Source: a virus
Strand: one strand, 5' to 3'
IMG/VR virus record: IMGVR_UViG_3300042542_003555
Coordinates: 1 to 64,000 of that record
Length of the DNA: 64,000 bases
The notes beneath the pieces were generated by a model. That model was not told the origin of the DNA. It saw nothing but the letters and a program-made list of their open reading frames with translations, and searched no databases. A program made the position numbers and the translations under genes. Of the stretch, positions 7,470 to 15,962 are shown one piece after another (position 1 is the first letter of the stretch; each line of letters opens with the position of its first letter).

Positions 7470-8569
7470 GATAATATTATCTCTTTAAGATTTTTGTCTG
7501 TGACTACATCAACAACCAGATGTATTCTATCTTCATCGCCTTCATTGATGACTGTATGTGGTTTTCTCGTATCAAGTACCCAACACTCACCAATTTGCAT
7601 GTTTACTTCTTTTTTGTTTCCTGTTGGTTCCCAAACACCAAACCTAACTTTTGGATTAGTTCTAATAGGAAAATGAAGCCTAGATAAACAATTAATGTTA
7701 AGACCAGAATCTGGATCAACTTGGTCTGTATGACGGGTAAGCTCACCACCGCCAGGAGTAAGACGCATGAACCTAATACGATGTAGTTCTGCATCGCCCA
7801 AAAACTCAAGTAGCTTATCAACTTCTGGAAATTCTTTGCGAAGGAATGTATCTTGCAGATAAAATTCTTCATCTTTATGTTCCTCTTTCCATTTCTTACT
7901 CATCTCAATCGGTTTCTCAATACGCATAATATCTGGTGTATAACCACGTAAAGATATTGCAGACCAAGACTTTTTCTTATTGTAGTTGCTATAATGATTC
8001 TGGTATTTAATATTTAGGTTTTCTAGTTTGACTGCAATTTTCTCTATGATATCAGAATCAACAGGAATATTCAACTGTTTTATGGCAATCTTTTCTACAG
8101 GGTCAACAAATAGAGCCGCTCTTGGTATTACACCTTCTTTGAAGTATATACTATAGATTTCACCAAATGTGGTGATTTTACTTCCAACATATTCAAAGTA
8201 ATGTTGTGCAATAAGTTTGGTAGTTTTGTCTTCTGCCCAAACATATAACCAAGTATTTCCTTCCGCTTTTTCACAAACATCTTCAATATAATCAACAGTA
8301 CCACGAAGTTTAGTAATAACATAATCGCCAGGTACCTTGATCGCAATATTTACATTTTGGTACATAGTGATGGGAGAAGACTTACTTACCTTAGTTTGAA
8401 CATAAGAACCATCTGCATGTATACGCAAATGTCCTTTGTGTAAATCTTCCGCTATGTTATTCTTTTTGTACTCTGCAAAAGGTGAATCTGCAAACTTATT
8501 GTAGTCTGCATACAGAGACTCAAGGCCTTTGAGGTAATCCAGTCCGTACCCGTGTTGCCAATCTTTCAT
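7466..8569 (-). CDS. 2OG-Fe(II) oxygenase (AspH/Asp-Arg hydroxylase-like) with GNAT-like N-terminal domain
   Basis: C-terminal RIRFMRL.PGG..L..HTD...RLHFPI.TN...W.LDTRKPH.V.N....RIHLVVD (HxD...H...R); N-terminal WLYVWAED...FEYVG resembles GNAT motif B (weaker); start at MKDW. Confidence 0.75.
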   Translation of the reverse strand: MKDWQHGYGLDYLKGLESLYADYNKFADSPFAEYKKNNIAEDLHKGHLRIHADGSYVQTKVSKSSPITMYQNVNIAIKVPGDYVITKLRGTVDYIEDVCEKAEGNTWLYVWAEDKTTKLIAQHYFEYVGSKITTFGEIYSIYFKEGVIPRAALFVDPVEKIAIKQLNIPVDSDIIEKIAVKLENLNIKYQNHYSNYNKKKSWSAISLRGYTPDIMRIEKPIEMSKKWKEEHKDEEFYLQDTFLRKEFPEVDKLLEFLGDAELHRIRFMRLTPGGGELTRHTDQVDPDSGLNINCLSRLHFPIRTNPKVRFGVWEPTGNKKEVNMQIGECWVLDTRKPHTVINEGDEDRIHLVVDVVTDKNLKEIILS

Positions 8570-9134
8570 TTGCTTTCCTATAACGGTGAATAAGTTTATC
8601 TTTCTTTTTCTTGGCTGTTTGTAGTGCCAAAGGTTTTGCCTTGATAGTGTAACGAACACCATTCATGTGGTCAAGTTCATGTTGAAAACATCTAGCAGTT
8701 ATACCCGAATATGTTGCTGTCTTTTTTTCACCATTGAAGTCTTGATATTCTACAGTAATACTTTCTGGTCTAGTGATATGAACAAACAATAACGGGTAAG
8801 ACAGACAACCTTCTTCCATATGTGCTGTTGCGTCAGATGTGCTGATGATTTTTGGATTAAAATGTGCAACATAATCATTACCTGCACCCATTACAAATAC
8901 TCTATATCTTAATCCACACTGATTGGCAGATAGACCCAGACCATTATGGTAGATGCATGTTTCTACTAATTGTGATGCAAGAAATACTGGATCAGTTGGT
9001 GGATTACTAAAATCAAATTCAGGCATTACCTCATCTAAAATAGAAGATTTTTCTGGTACAAGTTCCAATACTTTAACCTGCTGTACTTTTGTACCAGATG
9101 GATCATCTGTACTAATTCTAATAATATCACTCAT
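8520..9134 (-). CDS. def: peptide deformylase
   Basis: All three motifs present: GLGLSANQ, EGCLS, QHELDH. Confidence 0.95.
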   Translation of the reverse strand: MSDIIRISTDDPSGTKVQQVKVLELVPEKSSILDEVMPEFDFSNPPTDPVFLASQLVETCIYHNGLGLSANQCGLRYRVFVMGAGNDYVAHFNPKIISTSDATAHMEEGCLSYPLLFVHITRPESITVEYQDFNGEKKTATYSGITARCFQHELDHMNGVRYTIKAKPLALQTAKKKKDKLIHRYRKANERLATRVRTGLPQRP

Positions 9135-10846
9135 TTTGCTATCCTCGAAAAATTGTTTTTCTTCTCGAAACGAATCACGCTTCTAAATTTATCAAATAAC
9201 TGATCACCTTTATGCGATATAACAAATACGTTGGTATCTTGACCAATATCATACATCAACTTTAAAAATTCATCAGTACCTACAGTATCTAGGCTACTGT
9301 CAAATACCTCATCTAATATGAGCAGATTAGTATTAACACTATTCTTCAACTTTGCAATCTGTCTCCATGTGAACAATATAGCCAAATCAATTCGCATTTT
9401 CTCGCCTTCAGAAAAATTGTGATAGCTAAAGTCATCACGATGGCGAGATTTGATAGTTTCTTCAAAATTTTCATTTAAGTTAAAGTTAATAAACGAATCC
9501 ATTGCAGTCAAATACTTGTTGATAAGTTTATTCATAATTGGAAGATATTGTTTGATAATCTTTGTTTTGATACCAGTATCTTTCAATAATGTTCCAGCAA
9601 ATTCATAATATTGTTTTTCATCTGCTATTTGTTTTTGTTTTTTAACAAGCTCGGTAAGTTTTTCTCGTAACTCTTTAAGCTTTGTGTTCTCTTCCTCAAG
9701 GTTATCTTTTCTGGTTGAGAGTTCTGCAATTTCTGCATTAAGTTTAGCCACGTATTTGTTGATTGCTGTGATTGATGCATTGTGTTTTATCACCTCCGAA
9801 TTATGTTCATTGATATGTTTTGTAATTTTTAACATCTCATTTACAATATTATTTGCATCCGCAATCTTCTTTTCAATATCAGTTAACGCTGTTGATATGT
9901 CGCCTTTTTTAACCTGCTTCTCTAGTATTTGTTTTTCTTTCCAGTCTTGTGTAATTGTTTGTTTACATGTTGGACAATCATGATTATCTTCGTAGAACTT
10001 AACTTCTTTATCCAGTTTTCTCAAATTATTTGATAACTGAGTTTCAAGATTTGAGAGTTTAGTTTTCTTTGCATCTACTGCATCTTTATTTAGGATTTTT
10101 GAAGTTAGTGCATTGATGTGTTTCTGAATCAGTTCAATGTCAATCTGCAAATGACCTATTTGTGTTTCACTTGTGATTATTTCTTGTTTTTTCTTTTCTA
10201 TCTCAGCATCATTGTGTTTCTTGTGTTCTTCAATGTTTTGTTTCTGTAATTCAATTTTTTCTGCTGTTAGGTCCATATCATACTTTATTTTAGCAGAAGC
10301 ATCTTTAATCTCTACCATCTTTTCTTTGACCAAACTATTCATTGAAGAAAAAATTTGAATGTCTAATAAATCTTCAATGATATTACGGCGGTCAGCAGCC
10401 GATAATTGCATAAATGGTGTGAACGATGCCGAACCTAGAATAACAATCTGTGTGAATGATTTGAAGTTGAGTTTGAGAATATTTTTCTCTAAAACCTCTT
10501 GATAATCTCTTGATGCTGCATCTTGATTCAATAAATTACCATCTTGATAGATTTCAAATATATTTGGTTTGATACCTCGAATAATCTTATATGATTTCTT
10601 ACCAACTTTAAATTCGATTTCTACGATACATTCTTTTTCATTGATAGAGTTTGGTAGTTGAGGTTTATTGATTTTACGAAATGGTTTACCAAATAGACCA
10701 AATGTCAAAGCATCAAGAATGGTTGATTTTCCCGATCCATTCGATCCGATAATTAGTGTATTTGGTGAACGTGTGAAATCAATCTCTGTAAACCAGTTAC
10801 CGGTAGACAGAAAATTTTTCCATCTAACCTTTTCAAATATAATCAT
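9131..10846 (-). CDS. gp46: recombination endonuclease subunit gp46 (Rad50/SbcC-like)
   Basis: Walker A GSNGSGKS, coiled coil with CPTC hook, FSEGE signature, LILDE. Confidence 0.97.
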   Translation of the reverse strand: MIIFEKVRWKNFLSTGNWFTEIDFTRSPNTLIIGSNGSGKSTILDALTFGLFGKPFRKINKPQLPNSINEKECIVEIEFKVGKKSYKIIRGIKPNIFEIYQDGNLLNQDAASRDYQEVLEKNILKLNFKSFTQIVILGSASFTPFMQLSAADRRNIIEDLLDIQIFSSMNSLVKEKMVEIKDASAKIKYDMDLTAEKIELQKQNIEEHKKHNDAEIEKKKQEIITSETQIGHLQIDIELIQKHINALTSKILNKDAVDAKKTKLSNLETQLSNNLRKLDKEVKFYEDNHDCPTCKQTITQDWKEKQILEKQVKKGDISTALTDIEKKIADANNIVNEMLKITKHINEHNSEVIKHNASITAINKYVAKLNAEIAELSTRKDNLEEENTKLKELREKLTELVKKQKQIADEKQYYEFAGTLLKDTGIKTKIIKQYLPIMNKLINKYLTAMDSFINFNLNENFEETIKSRHRDDFSYHNFSEGEKMRIDLAILFTWRQIAKLKNSVNTNLLILDEVFDSSLDTVGTDEFLKLMYDIGQDTNVFVISHKGDQLFDKFRSVIRFEKKNNFSRIAK

Positions 10847-11913
10847 TGTTCAGTATTGACCGCTTCAATGTAAAGTTCTTTGAGTATGTTTTTTAGTTTG
10901 TTTGCGTCCAAATTATCATCTTGGATGGCATCAACATAGTTGTTTAGGATAGTTAAAGTATCCTCTGCTTGATCAATTATATCATCATTTACACCTTCTG
11001 TCAAGTCTGTAAAGTCCTCAACAATGGTAATATCGGCTGGGTTTGTTTGGTATAGGTTATTGACAAATACATCAAACAGATATGGATTAGTTTTGTTCAA
11101 TACCACAACCTTAACAAATTTATTGATATATGGCGCCATATCAAAATTGGTTATTTCTTTTACTTCTTTTTCTTTGTCATCATAGACAATCTTGTGAAAC
11201 ATCACATTAGGATTTTGTACAAACTCCAAATTACGATTGTCCAAATCAAAAATGTGAAAGCCTCTTGGATCATTATAATCTTGCCACGTAAGCTCATACG
11301 GGTTGCCCAAGTAGTATATACCATCCGCATTAGACCTATGATGATAATGACCGCTAAAAGTGAACTCAAATTTTCTAAAAATGTCACGATGCAATCCTTC
11401 CTCTGATGGCATGCCTTTGTGCATAGCAAATCCTGCTATCTCAAAATGACCCATACAAATATCAGAAGTAGACTCTTTAATGAATTGCATGGATTGTTCA
11501 TAATTATCTGCACAAATCCATGGTATCATACAAACTTGATGTGGTCCAACATGAATATGTTCTGGTGAATCAATCACATGAATATTACCATATTCTTGTA
11601 ATAATAAATCTACAGAATTCACCTCATTGGTATTCTTGAAGTATGTATCATGATTGCCTGCCAACATGAAGACTTCAAACCCTTCTTCATGTAGAGTGTC
11701 AAAGAACATTTCTTTAGTTCGTTTCAGACTATAAAAGTTTATGTACTTTCTTCTGTCAAAAGTATCGCCGAGAATTAGAACTTGACGAATGCCTTCTTCT
11801 CTCAGTTTAGGAAAGAAAGTTTCGGTATAGAATTTTTCATAATAGTCTAAGAAAACTATAGAGTCGTTCCTAGCTCCAAAGTGCTGATCAGTAATGATTG
11901 CTACTTTTGACAT
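10843..11913 (-). CDS. gp47: recombination endonuclease subunit gp47 (Mre11/SbcD-like)
   Basis: DQHFG, GD.FD.R, GNHD and SGHYH metallophosphoesterase motifs. Confidence 0.96.
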   Translation of the reverse strand: MSKVAIITDQHFGARNDSIVFLDYYEKFYTETFFPKLREEGIRQVLILGDTFDRRKYINFYSLKRTKEMFFDTLHEEGFEVFMLAGNHDTYFKNTNEVNSVDLLLQEYGNIHVIDSPEHIHVGPHQVCMIPWICADNYEQSMQFIKESTSDICMGHFEIAGFAMHKGMPSEEGLHRDIFRKFEFTFSGHYHHRSNADGIYYLGNPYELTWQDYNDPRGFHIFDLDNRNLEFVQNPNVMFHKIVYDDKEKEVKEITNFDMAPYINKFVKVVVLNKTNPYLFDVFVNNLYQTNPADITIVEDFTDLTEGVNDDIIDQAEDTLTILNNYVDAIQDDNLDANKLKNILKELYIEAVNTEQ

Positions 11914-12362
11914 TCATCATATTCCTTATTCATTTTTCTCATTCTTTCCACTTCAGCATCATATATGCGTTTTCGTAATGAAGAACTGCTATATGGATGT
12001 TCTCTTTCATGATAGTGCAATTCAATACCATGATCCAAACACCATTGCTTGCCCGTAAAATCTTTTGTTTTGTATTCATCACCAAGAAAACGAATATCAA
12101 TATGCTGAGTCTTTAATATATTCAACAAATCTTCTTCTGTGTGGTATACAATAACTTCATCTACGTATCTACATGCAGAAACACACGCATATCTCTCATA
12201 GATGGACATTACCGGTTTATTTTTTGTGTCTGGTCTATCCACAGTGGGATCAACTTGTATTGCCACAATCAAATAATCACAATGTCTTTTTTCTTCTTTC
12301 AGCATGGTAACATGACCAGCATGAAACAAATCAAACGTACTACAGTTGAATCCAATTTTCAT
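11901..12362 (-). CDS. cytidylyltransferase (TagD/glycerol-3-phosphate CTase-like)
   Basis: TFDLFHAGH (HxGH), ER...V.ACRYVDEV, GDEY, SSS.LR; start MKIGF. Confidence 0.88.
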   Translation of the reverse strand: MKIGFNCSTFDLFHAGHVTMLKEEKRHCDYLIVAIQVDPTVDRPDTKNKPVMSIYERYACVSACRYVDEVIVYHTEEDLLNILKTQHIDIRFLGDEYKTKDFTGKQWCLDHGIELHYHEREHPYSSSSLRKRIYDAEVERMRKMNKEYDECQK

Positions 12363-12366
12363 TATA

Positions 12367-12900
12367 TCACTCCTGAAGAAACTTTTCAATACCTTTAGGC
12401 TTGTTTGCCTCTTTTTTCTTGCGCTTTCCTTCTTCAAAGTTTTCTATGAACTCGGCAATATTATCGTAGAGTTCAAACTGCTTTGTTGTACCATCTTCAA
12501 ATTCCATCATCTCATATTCATCTAATATACCAACTTGTTCGGTAGCTTTATATTTGACATATAACTGTTTCTTTTCTTTTTGGATACGACGGAGAAAAGC
12601 AAAGTAGATAATCTGTGTGAAATAAGCAAATGGATTTTTTGATTTATTTGGATCAAAGTTTTCAAAATACATCAAACAGTTTTCAATACCATCACCAATC
12701 ATTTCATCTCTGTGTGGATAATTGATAAAGTTTGGTTTGTGTGACAAACCTTCTGCAATCTTCATAAAACATTCACCTATGTAATTTGGTACTATAGGTT
12801 TAATGAGATTATTCTTTTTGGCTTCTTTGCAGTCTTTCTTGTACTGGACAAGTGCTTTGAGAAAATCCTCATTATTGACATAGTGTTTTTGTTTACTCAT
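12367..12900 (-). CDS. gp55: late-transcription sigma factor gp55
   Basis: HYVNN.DFL, YIGECF.KIA..LS.KPNF..Y, NPFAYFTQI..AFLRRI.KEKKQ. Confidence 0.96.
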   Translation of the reverse strand: MSKQKHYVNNEDFLKALVQYKKDCKEAKKNNLIKPIVPNYIGECFMKIAEGLSHKPNFINYPHRDEMIGDGIENCLMYFENFDPNKSKNPFAYFTQIIYFAFLRRIQKEKKQLYVKYKATEQVGILDEYEMMEFEDGTTKQFELYDNIAEFIENFEEGKRKKKEANKPKGIEKFLQE

Positions 12901-12920
12901 AAGTTTACCATAAAAAAGTG

Positions 12921-12949
12921 TTGACAAGGTCTTAACATACCGTTATACT
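12921..12949 (+). promoter_or_regulatory. sigma70-type promoter in antisense orientation
   Basis: A-tract, then TTGACA-17 nt-TATACT on the + strand, in the gap upstream of gp55. Confidence 0.6.
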
Positions 12950-12984
12950 GAGTATGTCCAGAATGATGCTGATAATAGGACCTA

Positions 12985-13362
12985 TTACTGAAGTGTGTAG
13001 TATTCTTTCTCTTCCATTGCTTCAATCATACTCATGATTTCATCATCGTCTAGTTTATCAGTTTCTTCTTTTGCTTTAGCCAAATTAGATATTGTTTTCA
13101 AAGTACCTAGATAATGATCAACGAATATATCAGTAGGTTCAAATATGGTTAATATATCATTGTCTCCAATTGCACATTCATTGACTTTTATGATTGAAGA
13201 TGGTGCCCAATTAGCCAGAGTTAGAATTTGTTTTTGATTTCTGAGATCATCATGCATTTCAATAATCATTGCATCTCTAATATAAGTAGAATAATTTTCT
13301 TCTTTAATATAACCGATGATATCAGTTCCAGTCTTTAATCGGACTATTTTAATTTGTTCCAT
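12985..13362 (-). CDS. conserved T4-like hypothetical protein (possible Sm-like fold)
   Basis: IKIVRLKTG.DIIG N-terminus; usual position between uvsW and gp55. Confidence 0.7.
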   Translation of the reverse strand: MEQIKIVRLKTGTDIIGYIKEENYSTYIRDAMIIEMHDDLRNQKQILTLANWAPSSIIKVNECAIGDNDILTIFEPTDIFVDHYLGTLKTISNLAKAKEETDKLDDDEIMSMIEAMEEKEYYTLQ

Positions 13363-14878
13363 TCTTGAGTCCTATCTTGTAGAGTTTATAAGGAAACCCT
13401 TCATCAGTATATATCTTTGTTCTTTCCACGAAATGCCTTAGTGTGAAGTTCATGTGTTTGCCGACTCGAAGGTCATCGGCAATATCATAGAGGGTTGCCT
13501 TCTGTTTGGTGTCTCCTTTTCTAAGTCCTCTTCCAATTGACTGAAGGTTCCTGATTCTCGATTTGCTGGGAGACGCAAAGATAATGTTATGTAAATTGCG
13601 AATATTAATGCCGGTACTAAAAGTACCAAAAGAAGCGACCACAATGGCATCTTGTTCCTCCTCCATAATTTGTCTTATATTTTCTCTGTCTTTAACATCG
13701 GTATCGCCATGAATAAAGAATACTTTTCTATTGCCTATATTCTTGGCATTGGTAATCCAATCATACAACAATTTCCCATGCTTGTCAACATATTGATAGA
13801 GAATTAATGTATTATTACCGAGTGATAGTGCTAGATTTTTTATGAAACGATTTCTAGCTTCACATTGAATTAAATATGCTATTTCGTCTTTATATTCTTT
13901 CTTCTTTAATTCTTTAGCTATTTCTTCTGGATGTTTAAGCACAAGACACTTAATATCAAATTCTGCTAACTGACCTCTTTCTATCAAGTCTTTAGTTTGA
14001 GTGACTCTTTCTACAGGTCCAAATAAACCTTCAAGTACCAGTTTGTGTGTTTTTGTACCATCTAATGTGCCTGTCAATCCAATACGATATTTCGTATTAG
14101 TACAAGAAGTCATAATGGTAGCGAGAGATTGAGCTTTGAACAAATGTGCTTCATCTCCTATGATAAAGTCGAACTGTTCGAAGTATTCTGATGGTAGTTG
14201 ATACAGAGATTGCCAAGTTGAGATAATCAGATTCTTCTCTGAATACTTATCTTTACCTTGATATACTCTGTGTATATTTGCTTCTACATCAAAATTATTA
14301 TAGCTAGAATAGTCAGCAAAGTCAGAATATAACTGTTCTACTAGTGATGTAGTCGGGACTATAATTAACCCTTTGTGGCCCTTATAGTCAAGGAATTGAC
14401 GTACAAAAAGATAGATGATGAGTGACTTACCTGATGCTGTAGGAGATAATAACAATGCTCTCCTATGACGCATACCATGAACAAAAGCATCTAGCTGATA
14501 GTCTGTAGCTTGAATTGCTTTACCGTGTGCATGAAGGTTTAATTCGTCTGTGAACTTCTTGGCTAAGTACAGAGAAAAGTCATCAGTCAAATCGGGTCGT
14601 GGATCTCCATACTCAATTTCATAGCCACGTTCTTCTGCAAACTTCTCTATGTATGGTAGTAGTCCGAGATAAATGTTATTGCTTCTTAGGTCAAAAAGCC
14701 GTATCTTTCCATCCCATACTCTATTACGAAATGCTGGTGTAAATTGATAACCAGGAACAAAGAACGTAAAATATTCTGATAGTTCTTTTGCTAGATGACG
14801 TTCACATTCTATGTGTGCGTATACTTCATTCTTTTTTGTGATTGCAAGATTATCTTGCGCCTTGGATAAATCGCTCAT
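13349..14878 (-). CDS. uvsW: UvsW SF2 DNA helicase
   Basis: WDGKIRLF, SPTASGKS, DEAH, TGT, QSIGRGLR. Confidence 0.96.
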   Translation of the reverse strand: MSDLSKAQDNLAITKKNEVYAHIECERHLAKELSEYFTFFVPGYQFTPAFRNRVWDGKIRLFDLRSNNIYLGLLPYIEKFAEERGYEIEYGDPRPDLTDDFSLYLAKKFTDELNLHAHGKAIQATDYQLDAFVHGMRHRRALLLSPTASGKSLIIYLFVRQFLDYKGHKGLIIVPTTSLVEQLYSDFADYSSYNNFDVEANIHRVYQGKDKYSEKNLIISTWQSLYQLPSEYFEQFDFIIGDEAHLFKAQSLATIMTSCTNTKYRIGLTGTLDGTKTHKLVLEGLFGPVERVTQTKDLIERGQLAEFDIKCLVLKHPEEIAKELKKKEYKDEIAYLIQCEARNRFIKNLALSLGNNTLILYQYVDKHGKLLYDWITNAKNIGNRKVFFIHGDTDVKDRENIRQIMEEEQDAIVVASFGTFSTGINIRNLHNIIFASPSKSRIRNLQSIGRGLRKGDTKQKATLYDIADDLRVGKHMNFTLRHFVERTKIYTDEGFPYKLYKIGLKNGTN

Positions 14879-15287
14879 GTGTCATATGTTCACGAAGTTG
14901 CCATGTTCTGTTGGCCAACTCTTTGAGTATAGCTGTACAGACTTCAACGACTTCTTCATGATATACCTTTTTCTCTAGAAGTTTAATCAAATCACCATCA
15001 CTCTCTAGATATGTATTCACATCGGATTTCAAGGTAAACCGAAACGGTTCCCAACCATATTCTTTTAGTTCATCTTCATCCATCTTACCCGTATAGTATT
15101 CCCATTTGACTTTCTTCATTCTGTGATAATCAAATGTAGCTTTCTTGACAGCAATTCTGTGTTTAGTCATAATATTAAGATATTTGCTGTGGAGATTTGG
15201 AATACGAATAATCTCACGGGAAGGTTCGGTCTCGTCAACAACAGAGTCTTTTTCCCAAAAGGATAATACTTGTTCTAGATTTTCCAT
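14850..15287 (-). CDS. uvsY: UvsY recombination mediator
   Basis: W..DS.VD, IP.LHSKY, KWEYY.GK, ..R.WQ; adjacent to uvsW. Confidence 0.9.
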   Translation of the reverse strand: MENLEQVLSFWEKDSVVDETEPSREIIRIPNLHSKYLNIMTKHRIAVKKATFDYHRMKKVKWEYYTGKMDEDELKEYGWEPFRFTLKSDVNTYLESDGDLIKLLEKKVYHEEVVEVCTAILKELANRTWQLREHMTHERFIQGAR

Positions 15288-15318
15288 AATAATTAAAGAT
15301 AGAATATAACCAGTTTCA

Positions 15319-15348
15319 ATTATAACATAGATGATTATTTGTTGTCAA
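15319..15348 (-). promoter_or_regulatory. sigma70-type promoter for uvsY-uvsW
   Basis: TTGACA-18 nt-TATAAT with an extended -10 TG. Confidence 0.75.
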
Positions 15349-15875
15349 GTTTTTTTGACATCATACCAAGAATATCTAAATGTTGCCGTGGCAGTCATGG
15401 TTGGCGTATCGGCATCTGTGGCATTAAACTGAATGGCAGATAAAGACACAGGAAAAACATCGGTGAACTTAACAGAAAGCTTTGGATTGTTCAGTGCGGT
15501 TAATACTGTTAACACACCATCAGAATATTGTGGTTTTGGTGAATTTCTAGAAACCGAAGATAGATTTTTTAAATTCCTGTATTCTTCAAAGTCAGTTGGA
15601 AAAGTCATACCTCTTAACCAATTATGAATCTCTAACCACGAATTCATATCTTCATCCACAATAAACGTAATATTTAATGGCTCATATACAAGTTTATCAC
15701 CAGGAATATAAAGGTCAACAAAAGGTGTTGGACGCACTATTTCTGATGTGGATACGCCAGGCAAATTAACTTCTTGACAAAAGTATTGAGTATTACTTAT
15801 TCTGGGAAAAGTCAATACAAACTTTGTAGATTGTAAAAAGTTAGTATTTTGTGGTTGAGGAATTAATTGCGGCAT
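15345..15875 (-). CDS. gp3: tail tube terminator/completion protein gp3
   Basis: NFL....F, YFCQ.VNLPG, PGDKL.YEPL...FIVDED, F.DVFPVSLS. Confidence 0.85.
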   Translation of the reverse strand: MPQLIPQPQNTNFLQSTKFVLTFPRISNTQYFCQEVNLPGVSTSEIVRPTPFVDLYIPGDKLVYEPLNITFIVDEDMNSWLEIHNWLRGMTFPTDFEEYRNLKNLSSVSRNSPKPQYSDGVLTVLTALNNPKLSVKFTDVFPVSLSAIQFNATDADTPTMTATATFRYSWYDVKKT

Positions 15876-15892
15876 GTTATCTCCTTATGGAG

Positions 15893-15900
15893 TATTTATA
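15893..15900 (-). promoter_or_regulatory. late promoter
   Basis: TATAAATA just upstream of the gp3 SD. Confidence 0.75.
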
Positions 15901-15901
15901 T

Positions 15902-15930
15902 AAAAAAAGAGGCTCCTTTTGGGAGCCTCT
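15902..15930 (-). terminator. intrinsic terminator after gp23
   Basis: AGAGGCTCC-CAAAA-GGAGCCTCT followed by a T run. Confidence 0.85.
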
Positions 15931-15962
15931 CTTAAAGCACCACTCTTTGGTGGCTTCATCAA

